A DNA stretch of 63,601 nt, filler included, from Choristocarpus tenellus KU-1152 (lineage: Eukaryota > Protista > Phaeophyceae): NCBI GenBank assembly GCA_964200185.2. It is 12 parts of 12 records of this genome, joined end to end, with 100 filler letters (N's around TTAATTAATTAA, not from the genome) between each part and the next. Parts side by side here need not be neighbours in the genome. Positions count along the whole stretch, not along the records: positions 50,586 to 63,601 come from CAXNAD020001615.1; 11 more parts are not named here. One strand, 5' to 3'. Within the stretch, counting starts at the first letter, position 1; each line of letters starts with the position of its first letter. The position numbers were made by a program, and so were the translations under genes. Positions 51,172 through 63,601 of this stretch are shown piece after piece. The notes below the pieces were generated by a model, which searched no databases, was not told the origin of the DNA, and saw only the letters and a program-made list of their open reading frames with translations.

Positions 51172-51549
51172 TGACCTATACTTCCACCGGTCAATGCTGT
51201 CTTTGGTCCTAGTGTTGCCCACTACTATTAGCTATAGACTTGTCCGTCCACTGAACATAATGCCTCCTAAAGCAAAATGGGAGATAGAGCAAGGTAGTTT
51301 TGAGTCAGCCAAAGGGACTGGGTCCAGGGTAGGTGAGAAGTAACAAGTGTGGGAATGATGGCAATGGCTGGTGCTGTAGTCGCAAGATTCATACGCAACA
51401 GCAACACCGCTACCACATTAGTAGGGGGTGATAGAGGTAGTACCTCCTCTGTTGCACACTGATGGAAAATTAAGTGGATCTTAACCCCCCATACTGCAAC
51501 TCATGGTGTTTCAGCACCATCTCACAGCAGTGTGTGTTCTCTGATCTAC

Positions 51550-51955
51550 TCCCTTCCATCAACTCTTGCTTGATTCATGCGTTTGGTCCAACCTCACCTA
51601 TGCTGTGCATCCATATATTGAATGCTCGGAGTAATCTGAGTGGCGACACTTGAGCAACAGGAAGTGATGCACACTTAAAGGACCTCCTTTACAATGCTGT
51701 GCAGCCCTTACAAACAAACCAGGTGAGGTGTGGCTGCTGTCATGTAGCCAGCACTGGGGTTATCAGGAGAGTTGATGCAATCAACCTAGGCTGCTTGCAT
51801 CCCACTGAATGCCCTGCACTCTGAACAAAACCTTCTCTGTTTGATCTTTTCTGTGTTTTTCCGAGTCTCAATCCTAATGCACTCAATCACCTCCTTCATC
51901 TACTTGCCTTGGTTGACTGCAACTCGTTTGCTGCTGGAGAACTCAATGTCGAAAA
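51550..51955 (-). mobile_element. Possible decayed hAT transposase core remnant
   Basis: Broken frame FDIEFSSSKR...MKEVIE...FCSE..AFSGMQAA...PHLVC resembles the (S/T)D...M.AA / C.AH.L.L..KD region of hAT RNaseH-like domains. Several stops. Confidence 0.3.
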
Positions 51956-52244
51956 TAAGTTGCATAATCTAAAATCAACATACCTATTCTAACACAACAC
52001 TACACAACCTTCACCTCAGCCCTAAACTAAAATGTAGCACTGTAAAATGTCTCAATTCAACCATACCTATAAATCGAACCTAATCCAAGCCCCTGATAAT
52101 CCCGAGATAAATATAGTCCCACGACAATAGCCCTATCCCCAACCCTAAGTCAAGCCCCCCCTGACATCAAAACAATTATTTCTTCATCCCTTACCCAACC
52201 CTGACCTAAGCCCCACCCTGATCTCTACACATGCATTGTCTCAC

Positions 52245-52375
52245 CCCTAACCCTAACCCTAACCCTAAACCTGACTCTGACTCTGACCCTGACCCCAAAC
52301 CCTAACTCTAACCCTGTCCCTAACTCTTACTCCCAACCTACCCAAAAGTTCCAATCCCAAACCTCAAGCCTGACT
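52245..52375. repeat. Interstitial telomere-like hexamer array (CCCTAA x4 then CCCTGA/CTCTGA/CTCTAA variants)
   Basis: Direct read; perfect (CCCTAA)4 at 52245-52268. Confidence 0.8.
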
Positions 52376-53854
52376 CCAACAAAAATAAAAACACAAGCAT
52401 CAAAACTCTACTCCTTGACCCCTAACACACAATCTGAGACAGTCTGCTGGCAGCAGTACGCCACCCTAGAGAGAAGATAAAACAGAGATTGAGATGCCCT
52501 GAGAGAATGACAGTGGACAATGGACTATGGGAGGGCGACAAAGCGCCACACTTGCCCATCCCTTCCCCACTCAATACCACCCCGTGTTAGCAACAAAGGT
52601 GGTGCACCACCTGGGCCTGCTGACATGGAGGCCACCAGAACTTCCTCCTTCAAGGAGAGTAGAAAAGGCACCACAATTCAATTTGCAGTATGCCCCATCC
52701 AAGCTATATCAACAAAAAAAACCCAATAAGACGCACAGATGGAGTTGATGGGAGGGAACAAACACAGTTCAAAGAGATCGCATCACAGCAGGGTGTTGTC
52801 ATTTTCTCTTGTGACCCAACCCTTGGATGTGCTCCTACTATTGGCCCAGTAGTAGGCCGACATTATGCCAAAACCTAGTCACTTCCAACCCATATTTTGT
52901 CGTTCTTTCCCTGACTGAAAATATCACGTCCAAGACACCACTCTGTATGATACCATCTCTGTTGCCTTTTCCAGTAGATCATCAGCTAAGAGTATAACTC
53001 CTTGCATTGCAGAGGGACAACCCATAGATTAACCATGGTGGAAAAACTGTCTGCACTGCGGACTTGTTTACATGCACTTTGCTCTGAGCCAAACCAATTG
53101 ATAGGTAGGCAGGTTTGGACCCTTTTGCATTCCAACCCATCTTACCTACCCTGTCCAGTACACTCTATTTCATTTCCTTTCGTGCATTATTGTGTGCGCA
53201 AAATTGATATTCTCCCTTCTTTCCACACGCGAAGTGACATCGCAATTCAGCAAAAGGTTATTTCTGCAATTGCAGAAAATTCCGTCTTTCTGCCCTATCT
53301 CGGGATCCTTACGATGCATCCCTGCGTACCTCTCATTTGGCCTGGCTCTCTACCTAAGAGTGATGTGGTACTTCCACAGTGGTGCTCTCTAGTAGATTGG
53401 GGGGTAAATAAAAAAGAGTTTCCTTACATCGTACCTATCATTAATATTCATACAATAATACTATGTACCTACATATTCTTTGGGTGAGGACAAGAGGTCG
53501 CATTGGTAATGTACAGATAGAACGGTCAGAAGAATGTCTTGCTTTTACAGCGTACATACGTGAGAAGGGTCAAAAAAAGGTTTTTGGAAGGTACATTCCA
53601 AGCTCTTCTAATAATGGAATTTAGAGGTTAATTTAATGATCGAGAAAGGTTTATTGTTACACTATATTTTTCATTTGTCATTATCGTAAGAACTGAAACA
53701 CACGACTATACAGAGCATACTCGTTCAGAGTCTACCTCTCTTCGAGCCTACCTATTCCTAGCACAGTCTCGACTTCCACCACTCCACATGAAATGTGAGT
53801 AATTCCTCTTTCAAGATAGCCGCGAGCGTGGCAAATTTTACCTGGTCTTCGATA

Positions 53855-56800
53855 ATGGGTCACGAAGCAGTCGATATTTTGGCGTCAGACACAGCACCTC
53901 CCATCATCGATCCCCACCAAGCCGCAGCACAAGGAAGATTGGGCGATATTAAGTTCTACATCAAAAAGGTCTGGCTCGGGCATTTTTTTCGCACAAGTTT
54001 AATTACAACAAAGACAATAGGAACCGAAAACACTACCGCCTTGTCGTGTCCTCCTCATTGGTCCTTTCCTTGTGTGTCGTGTTCATGTTTCAACCAGCAA
54101 CAGGGTCTCATTGACAAGCGCGATGTCGATCGTTGGACCCCTCTTATGACTGCAGTAAGGGAAGGTCATTCAGATATAGTAAAGGTGCTTCTGAGGAATG
54201 GAGCGAGCTTGGAAGCCAAGGAGTGTGACAACTGGACTGCCTTACACGTTGCTGCAGCCAACGGCCAACTAGTTTGCTGTCAACTCTTGCTCACTTTTGG
54301 AGCTAAAGTCACGGTCAGAGATGCCAACAATCGGACTCCACTTCACTGGGCATGCAGGTGAACCCCTGTTAGATAGTGGGCGCGTAACAGTATGGAAAGG
54401 AATGGGGCATACACAAAATCTGGAGTGATCCTAAGGGAGGCAGCAACAAAATAGTTCGCAGATCGCTTTGCAACTGTACGTCTTCCTTTCCACCGTATGG
54501 CCGTACACGCAGAACTCGATCGAATTTCGATTATTCCCTTAACGTAGCACCTTATATTGAGGAATGCAACAATAAATTGATCCTTCCCCAAATGGCCGTG
54601 GTCACGATAAAGTTATGGCTACTCAGAGATAGTACAAGTTCTTGCAAAACATGGAGCAGACACAAAAGCAAAGGACTCCAATGAAGAAACCCCTGAAGAG
54701 GCCATCGGCAAAGAAGTTTGTGAGGACACACGAAAAAAGATCCATGAACTCCTGAAGAAGTTCTCTCAGAATCGCAGGGTAAAGGTATCGAGCCAGCGAG
54801 GTTCCTGCACAGCTCTCTCCCCTGGTCTGGGCATAAATTCTGTCCAACAGGTCTTTCTGCCTCATATTTCTACTCATCTTTCGGGTGATCGAGTAGCCTG
54901 TGAACCTTGTCTTTTGCAAGCAAGTGATCTGGTAGGAAAAGAGAATGGCGATGACTTTGAACAAGGATGTAGAAAGTCAGAGGAGCAGCAAGGGGCTCAA
55001 TCTGAGGCTACCTCTTCCACTCCATCTGAAACCCCTGGAGATGTGGTGACTGCAGGCAGGATGCCACAAAAAATACTCGGGAACACCTTCGATCCGGGTA
55101 AGACTTACTGGGTGAAGTGCAATGAATTATGGTAGGATTCTGGAAATTACGTGTAAATTGCAACTCCTCGACAAGTGTTACCAGGGGCCCTGCAGTATAC
55201 ATGGCTGTACCCTGAAGAGGAAGGAGAATCTTTGTCAACTTCGAAATAGTTGTTGGTACCTCATTGTGGTGGTGCTTCAAAAAAGTCATTATACCTTATG
55301 GAAGTCCAAAGCAAATAAGGGGGTATAACCCTCCCTCACTTTGTGGAAGTTTAAAAATAAGAATGAACTATTGCTCGAGAACCCTACCGTGCCGTTAAGT
55401 ACCAGTCACTTGCAACACTACTACTTGCTGCCGTACACATAGACCACAACCTGTACATTAAAGTGCCAGATACTCTAGTGGAAATATGTGTGAGGAACTT
55501 TCAATACTACTTGCTGCTACTGCATTACACCTACATCACAATTTATACATCATTGGTGAACTTTGAATACAAGCGTTATTCAGTCAACATTAAGTTAGTA
55601 GAATATCCTGTTTCAATCAAGTAGCACTGGGTTTACAAGCTGCATATAACAAGAACAGCATTAATTGTCTGTCCACTGCCAAATCAGTATCATTTTTACT
55701 TGTAATTACATAGTTTTGTGACTAAAACAAAGGTATTGAAGGATGTAGAAATTATATCTCCTGTGGCAAAGAGGGCTGTGAAAAGAGTGGACTTTGAATC
55801 TTGTTCGCTGGTAATATGTACAATTATTTTGACATTTTATAATACACGCATTTATAATCCATGTGTTTTTTCTAGCCTTTTTACACCATTCAGAACACAT
55901 TTTTAGTGAGTAGGTGTCAAAGCCTGTCTTGGACGCTAATCTACTTGGTACTCTAAAACATTAAATGTCAAAGGGCATGGCTTGAGAATGACCACGACAA
56001 TGTTTACACTCCCAATAAAAAATCCTGAGTAATGGAAGGCAGTAGTCGTATTGTCGGCACATGTGTCAATAGATTGGTAGCAAGTCAGCCTCTCCGTTTT
56101 GAACCACACTGCGGTTGTGCTTTATTGCTGATATCAACATGTCCAACAGGGCCTAATCTTCATGAGGAGACTATTGGTGACCACCCCTTACCCTCCCCAC
56201 CCTGATTCATCCAGTGGAAGGATGTCACTTTAGCGCATGTGACATTCTCACTATCGTCCTTAATGGTGTTGACTACACAGACATGAGACCTTTATCTACT
56301 TTCGTGTGCACCATTTTTTTGCAACATTGATGCTAAACATGCCTGTTCAAGACCTTGAATGGTCACAGTGTTGTTGATGCGATACCATCCTTTTTAAGAG
56401 TACTTTGTAACTGGTATGACAATGTGTGATAACACTGAATTTAGAATCCAAAACGTTTGTCCCAGAATCACTACCTGTGGCGATGCTTAACTTGTGGTAT
56501 GTTTTGGGAGGATAATATGATAAGGGGATAGGGGGGAGCAACAGATGGGTACACAAGTGCTTGGTACACATAAGAGAAGTAGATCGATAATGCCAACCTT
56601 AACAAAAAATTGTATCTTGAACCCAACAAAGCACAATAAAAGATGTGAATGAATACTTGTGCTACATGCAGTACTTCACTTTATTGTTTCAGAAGGTTTT
56701 CTGCCCCCACCTGTCTCACCCACCTATACACACTTGGTTGTCCTTACTGGTACTCTCAACTTCCCATCAGTTAATGATGGCTAATCTAATACTCATGCTC

Positions 56801-57258
56801 GTGTTTCTGGAACAGAAGCAGTGCCATCTTCTACATCAGAGCAGGATCTCCAAGGTACTATAGATCCTGTTGACTCTGTGACTAATCATATGAAGACCTC
56901 ATCCTTTTCTGGGGCTGTGAAAGTCAATGATCCAGAAGTACTAGTGGAGAGGGTAGGATCTATCATAGGATGCATCCCCATCCATGGAGTCAAGGGAGAA
57001 ATGACAGAGGCACCAACAGCTCAACCAGACATGTGCCATGTGACTGTCACCAAACCTTGTGAGGAGGAACGAGGTGAAGAGAATGCCCTTGGTCAGGCCC
57101 TTGCCATGTTGGCAGCAGCAGAAAAGCTGGTCATGGATGAAAAGGAGTTGCGTATGGAGGAGCAGGAAAGGAGAAAGTGCCTCGAGAGCAAGGTTGCTGA
57201 ACTAGAGAGGCTATTGATAGCAGCAGAGCACCAGGGTCGGGGTGACAAAGCAGCATAG
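53855..57258 (+). CDS. Ankyrin-repeat protein with disordered linker and C-terminal coiled coil, complete
   Basis: Exons 53855-53968, 54098-54357, 54613-55097 and 56816-57258, phase-compatible. Ankyrin repeats WTPLMTAVREGHSDIVKVLL, WTALHVAAANGQ and RTPLHWACSYGYSEIVQVL; C-terminal ELRMEEQERRKCLESKVAELERLL. Confidence 0.9.
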
Positions 57259-58164
57259 CTCTTGTGCTGATCCATGCTACAAAATATCAACCTTTCACTA
57301 TTTCTCTCACAACAATCTGAATGTCTTTGATTTGAGACTCGATGGTACTGCTAATGGGGAGCATTCACCGTTTCACAATTACCACACCTGTTTGGAATGT
57401 AAATCTAGTACTAGAAGTCTTTCCAATTAGCCAAAAGATAGATACATCAGGGAGAAACTGCCACAAAGTATACAGCACATCATCCGAAAACAAAAGAGAA
57501 CCATTTGAAAGACAAGAGATGATCATTTGAGCCCTCAATCATCTAAAGACAATTGGTGTTTGCAATGCTATCCGTGGAAGCAGTACTGTCTGGGCAGGCA
57601 CTAGTAACATGTGAGATAACACTCCAGCATTCGCTTTAGCCACCAGGGCAAACACAATTACATTTTATCATTGCTCCCTTTCACAGAAGAAATGTATTAT
57701 TTGTCATGCAAAATCAGTCCTTTAAAGCAAGTTCGTCTCCTTGAGTAAATGACCCATCCCATACAATCCCGTCCCACAATCATAGTTAGCAACAACAGAC
57801 GACCATGATAATGGTAGGGTGTACAGAGTGCTCCCTTTCATTAATGGGGGACTCTGCAGCACCCAGCAAAGGGTAAGCAACAATACAGTGGAGGTTTGCT
57901 GCTCCTCTGTTCGTGAAACCCACTGGAGTTTCCATGCAAAGTAGTATGTCCCAATTCAAGGCCAACACACTGCCTGAGACGACACCATACAATAATACAC
58001 CCCACCAAGGTTTAGCAGGTGGCCGACCAAAAGCACTTACCCATGCCATCTACTTTTAAACACTGCTCAACACTGGTGACACCCTCTACCTTTTACCTCT
58101 CAGGATATGTAGTCCCCCAACCTGTACTGACAGACAGAGTCTCCCCGGTTCATCTAGATCCCTT

Positions 58165-61100
58165 TCACCATTTTGTCAACACCTCACTCATGGTAATGAC
58201 TCTGTAGTCAACGCCCTGCAACTTAACCTCTGACCCTGCAAACATTCGGAACTGGATAAAGTCCCCGGCCCCAACACACATAGGGATGACCTCCCCAGAG
58301 GAAGATGTGCGCCCTGGACCCACAGCGACCACCTGTGTCAGGGTGGGTATCAGGATCAAAAAGGGTGGGTGGTTAGTACATTGATGGGAGGGAATAGAGG
58401 ACAGGAATTGAAGGGGCAAGTCAGGGCATTGTATTATTCTACAGCAATACCACCTAAAAATGCTAGAAAGGGCAGGGGAGATGCAGCACTGCTTCAACAC
58501 GATATGGATGCCTAATGCAGCATTGAATTCAGTCTCTAAGCATGCATGTCTCGATCGACTATCCATGGTTGGGTGTATGCCAAATATGGCCAGTTTGATG
58601 AGTTTGCTCAAGGCTACAAATAGAAGGCAAAAGAGGTGAACTGCTGTTTAAAAAGTAGCAGCAGTAAGAACATTTCTACGCAAGTAAACTTTACGACAGG
58701 CAATAAGGCACTTTTCTGAAGTAGATTAAAAAAAAATTGCACAAGCTGAACAAAAAAAGCGACATCTAACTTCAAACACAAGGGAAGCAGTATAAGGGTT
58801 GACCCCCCCAAAAGCTTGCCATTAGCAGGCACTACCATGAGGTCAGGCGGACCTTGGACCCTCACGATCAGCATGGTTGTGAACACTGTGTGCAGTACTT
58901 AGATTAACTAGGAAAGACAACTAACCTCATCTGATTCTTCAACTCTGACCTCCACAACCTGCATCCGATTCACAAGCTTAAGCAATGCTCTTATCTGACC
59001 TCTGCTACATAGCATAATTTTCTTCTGGGGGAGGCAGGGCACAGTACTATCGCTAGTCACATGCACCAAATTCTAAATAATGTCAAACACTGCGGAAAGG
59101 AAGTTAAGTTAGCACATAAGCACATACCTCTCCAGTGGACGACTTGGGGCGAACATCTTCATCCTCCGGTGTCGCCAGCAGCACTCCCCCAGCAGTCTTA
59201 GCTTCTACATCATCAACCTTTCAAAGAGGTCCGGGAAGTGGGGAGGGAGGACACCATACACAAAGGAAGGGGTAACCGTTGGGTAGATGGGATGAGTACA
59301 AGCCTGCTAGCTCTTTAGAAACGTGCAAGTGTCAGTCACCAGTGGCACACAGAAAAAAGGTACAGGATCGAAACTTCACCTGTTTCAGAAAGTTTACCTG
59401 CACTCTTGATTCTTTGCATATGTATTCAGTCACCAACAATGCTTCTCAATATACTATACAAACCTCCATATATGAAATGGTTCAAATCAACTTACTCCAC
59501 ACGCTGATAGAACTGCTGCCTTCCACTGCCACAACATTCACTATTTCCTCTATCTAGTCCGATATCGGGAACCAACAGCTTGGCTCCACATAGCCCCGAC
59601 CTGTGATCAGAGGTCCTACACTACACACATGGGGTACTACTTCTCCTTGACCATAAACTGTTGCACTACAACAAAGCACTCTGGCCCTTGCATGCCTTGA
59701 TTATTTGTTGTACACTTGGCTCATAAAGGTATCACATTCCCTCATCGCTCCATCTCCTCCCTCAAATCTTGTACAGTACTCTGCCTCAACACAATGATTC
59801 CTTCCCACCACACTTGAGGTTTTTCCGAAACCCTATTTTGTGGTTCACCAAAACGCAGGCAGGTACAGTTGTACTATTATATATCATGGTTCTTTCCATG
59901 TGGTCTACTGGAAAATATATGCTTGAAAAGAAAGGTTAAAGTCATCCAGGTTTGAGAGTAAAAGTATCTTAGAGGGTACGAGTTTTGCCCTGTTTGTCCA
60001 TTTGGGGCTTGGCTTATAATGGGTTTTCTTTATGACATTCTCCTACTCCAAAATGTTTGGGAGTAGGAAAAATGTGTACGTTATAAAAAGGTGTGTCTAC
60101 AACATGAATATCGACATCTCCTAACAAACACGATTGCCAAAATTACATCAAAATCGTAACATTGGATTTTGGCCCCCAAATGGACGCGGCCCTACCCTCT
60201 AAGATACTTTTACTCTTGATCCTTCGATGGAAGCTGGTAGGCCAAGACCGACCTAGCATAGAAAATGTGAAACGTGTCACTTTGTGCAGTTACCTCACAC
60301 AAAAATATTAAAAATAATGTTCAAAATGATATCGAGGATCGAGTTCTAAGGTTGTGTTTTCTAGGTATACAGAAGTAGAACAAAATTTGCTCGTACGTTC
60401 GGATAGAGTATCTCATGGTTGAGAGACAAAAAAAAGGAAGAGATGGGTTTTCCCATAAAAACAAAATGTATATATTTTTTTTACCAAAGCATGACAGGCC
60501 AGTTTGCATTTTCAAAGAATGTAACAATTTTCTATATTAAATATCAAGGCAAAGCATATCCTTCAAGTTTGGTCCTGGAAATTTAAATTTAAACGAGAAA
60601 AATTGTTCTTGACATCAACTACAGAATGACAACAAAGACTCCATGTGTGCTAGGACCTGTAAATCAAGGTCCGCATTCGACTTTTCTTGTATTCTCAACT
60701 GATGACTCCACTTCAATGATCATGATGTCCAATTCCACCAGCAAGCAACTAAAATGGAGAAAGCAAGAAGTAAGAACATTTCATATCTAGCCAAAACTGC
60801 AAGTGTAGATGTTATTTGATTGTTAGGGCTAGTTCCCAATCTGGTACATATTACTATAAATACAAAATATTGAAGTGGCGTACCTTCAGAGTGAATACAA
60901 CTCTCTGTGGCAGGGAGGTATCTCATACCCTCGGTGGGTTGCCCATTTCATCATAGTTCTAGAGTCAATAATGAGTTGAAAACTTCAACTCCACCTTTAC
61001 CACAGGAGGTATTTATGGCTGTGAAGATAAAATAACAAGGCAACTCCCTTTGAAGGATTGTAGAGCATTTAGAAATAATTCAGGATTGACAAAGGGTCAT

Positions 61101-62473
61101 TTGGAAAAAATGCATAGAGAGGATGGACAAGCAGGCACCGCACTAAGTACAAAGTCAGGAATGGCCCAAACCTTGACAAGAATCTCATCCCGGATCATCT
61201 TGATAGTACTCAGGTCCATCTGCTCGCCACTGTAGACAAAAAGGATGTTGTTGTCTCTGACAAACTGGTAGTCAGTGTTCATGTAGTTAACGGCTGTACC
61301 GTCGAATTCACCGTACAAAACCTTTGTTGTCACACCATAAACACAGGGCAAACAGGCCACAAATGATGAGCAGACACTTACAGGTGAAAGGAGAGTGGAA
61401 AGGGGGGAGATACAAGCATTGATGAACACTAATTGTGTGCCTTTACATGTGATGACAACTAACCCAAGTGCATGTAAGACAGATTCAAACTAGTGGGATG
61501 GAAATACGTCCCTTCCTCTATCTTCTGGCCCCCTCATACCACAAAAACACTCTTGAAGATAGTAACACTCTTGCCCTTGTCGGGATTGCCCTGTCTTCGT
61601 TCCTGCGTTGATACTGCCCCAACTGTTACCTCACTGCTGACGAACCACTGAGTAGCTCACTACCCTTTGCCCACCCAAATTACGAATCGTGTGCAGACAC
61701 CCACACCGCAACAGAGTTTCAAAATCCCTACAAAGATATTGATGTTTCCTTGCCAATCTATTCTTCTCTCCCTCAAGTTCATTTCCCTATCCCACACCTT
61801 ATCCCCAATGCTGCACGGCAGCGGAATGGGTGCCCCTGTCTCCTCGTGCTTCCTCCCTGGACCCATTGCAACTACCACTCCTTCCGTTGGTCTCTCCTGT
61901 GCCTGAGATGAGAAGCACAAAGAAGTTGAGGGTGAGGGTAAGGTAGTTACAGCTTGGCCTCCCCCACCCTTCTGATGATTATGTTTTGAAACCACAGCAC
62001 CACCATTTAGCCCCCCATCAAGGAAACCAGAATGGTACATCTGAAGGTCCCACTTCATCTTGTATTGGCAATATTACATAGTGCGACACGAAACAGAAGC
62101 GATGGGTGGAGAGTGACAGACAGTACCTGGTCGGGGATGATGATACCACTTAAAGAGGTCTTATCAGCGTCGCGAACCTTCACGAGGATGCTGTTGGAAA
62201 TAGGGGTTAACGGCCCACCAATGGTTTTTCCATCGAGGAGATAATTGGTGGTCTCGGTCTCCGTGTTTGTCATGCGCACTGTAAGGGGGGTGTACACGGT
62301 GTTTGGTTGTTGGGTGTTGCTTTGAGGAACGCAACATGAAAGGCCTTAGACACGCAGGAATACTCACAGTATCTGGAAGGTCCCACAAGCTTCGAGGGCG
62401 CAAGGTTTGTGATGAATCCAGAAGCGCTACCTAGGCAGAGCGCCGCTATCACCGTCTCGGTGCACCCGTACAT
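58165..62473 (-). CDS. CPN20: Plastid co-chaperonin Cpn20/Cpn21 (two tandem GroES domains), complete, with bipartite targeting presequence
   Basis: Exons 62473-62368, 62278-62127, 61902-61798, 61321-61172, 59217-59128 and 58332-58165, all phase-compatible. Two GroES units (ILVKV..KTSLSGIIIPD..ERPTEGVVVAMGPG..GDKVLY; ILVKV..KTAGGVLL..TGEVVAVGPG). N-terminal IAALCLGSASG-FIT is a signal peptide plus ASAFAP-type motif. Confidence 0.96.
59956..60215. mobile_element. MITE family A, full length, in cpn20 intron, 4-bp TSD TTGA
   Basis: TTGA-GAGTAAAAGTATCTTAGAGGGTA ... TACCCTCTAAGATACTTTTACTC-TTGA; perfect 23-bp TIR. Confidence 0.96.
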
Positions 62474-63601
62474 GATTAGCGAACGGTCCTGGTTGGGTTG
62501 GAAGGGAAGCCGCTTGTTTAGAACGAAATTTCGGGGAGTGGTGGTGGGTGAGGGCATCAAGGTACGCGCAAGGTCTCTAGAATTTCTTCATATCCATAAA
62601 ATGACCTCAAAGAAGGGTTCTTTGGCGTACCTGTCACAGTAGTGGTGAAGCACGTCAACAGGAGAGAGGTGGGGTAGAGGGAGCAAGTGAGGTTGATGAG
62701 AATAGGGTACACCTCCAAGTGACAGATGAACAAAGGAGGACAGAATAAAGGTATACCCATATCGTAGAACAAATATCGGAGATTTGGGTGGATTTGTGAT
62801 TTGAACGTCATATATATGATACTCAGTACTTAACATGTAATATTATACGCCTAACATTTCCAAATCTAACAAAAAGTTAAAACCAATATTAGGATTTGTA
62901 AAAGCAACAGTGGTCGTAAAAGGTATCGCTCCAAAATCGACCATTTGAATACTGGCTACACTACAATTACAATGTATACGTTGCCACTATGCCTCCAAAC
63001 TAGGTTGGCCCTACACCACAGGGTGAGGAGCCAACGATCTGGCAGGCCCCTTCTTGCTCATCTGCCTGGTGTCTCCAGCTTGAAACTTGTGACACGTCTT
63101 TAGAGAGTCACTTGTATTGTGACAGACATTATTTGTCGTAAGTGGGATTTGACAGCCCCTGTCCTGCTATAACCTCCCACCCCTCTTCCCCCCACTGCAA
63201 GTGTAGTCAACTCATCCAAAAACTTTCTGCTTGCTACCCACCGCGAAGGTGTTGAGGTTACAACTATATATTATATTGTTACGCTCTCTGGATACTTTTT
63301 TTCCAGATAGATGTGTCATCGAAAAATTCAAATCAATATAAAAAGGACCTATGTGAGACTAGCACACTACTACTATATTACTACTACTACTGTTGTAGTT
63401 GTCTTGAACGAATTTTTCGAACCGATTTCACCACTGCGAAGAGCCGAACTCTAAATAACAGAGGATTTTCAAAATTGAGGATGGAGCGGGGCTATGAGGA
63501 TGGTTGTTCTGCGAAAACGGTCTCAAAAAAGTACCAAAAGGTTTTTTTTGCGATTGTTTTTGCACTTGGAAGGGCCCGGGATATGTCCTTTTTTTGGAAA
63601 C

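Noticed and set aside
54779-54920. Intron in the ankyrin gene at AGG|GTAAAG
   Set aside because: The frame reads through without stops to the donor at 55097, and no phase-compatible acceptor exists.
1-63601. tRNA, rRNA or snRNA genes and prokaryotic defence or operon systems
   Set aside because: None recognised by eye; a tRNAscan-SE/Infernal run would be needed to exclude small ncRNAs.

Overview
This is eukaryotic nuclear DNA, not one continuous locus. Twelve unrelated contigs are joined by eleven artificial 100-nt linkers (N44-TTAATTAATTAA-N44). The genes have GT-AG introns. Together they point to a photosynthetic stramenopile, most likely a brown alga (inference). The supporting genes are a plastid Cpn20 with a bipartite ASAFAP-type presequence, a Sig/Ocm-type mastigoneme EGF protein, a CBM32/F5-8C domain and a GH88. 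Genes I could splice by hand: bystin (3' end), a CBM32-domain protein (3' end), an NPC1/Patched-family protein (3' half), an MSS116-like DEAD-box helicase (internal exons), a mastigoneme-like protein (5' end), GH88 (internal exons, apparent 2-nt frameshift), two unknown proteins, a complete ankyrin-repeat gene and a complete cpn20. The rest is decayed Tc1/mariner, hAT and Ty1/copia sequence, simple repeats and many small non-autonomous DNA transposons. The most distinctive signal is a set of four MITE families (about 27 copies or fragments) that share a CAAAGTA terminal core. The best-preserved copies have 4-bp target duplications, proven by a nested insertion. The main family has bipartite, asymmetric ends whose spacers differ by one helical turn (7 vs 17 nt). 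I found no CRISPR array, tRNA/rRNA gene or prokaryotic operon, and cross-contig gene neighbourhoods carry no meaning. All family calls come from motif recognition by eye; no database search was run.
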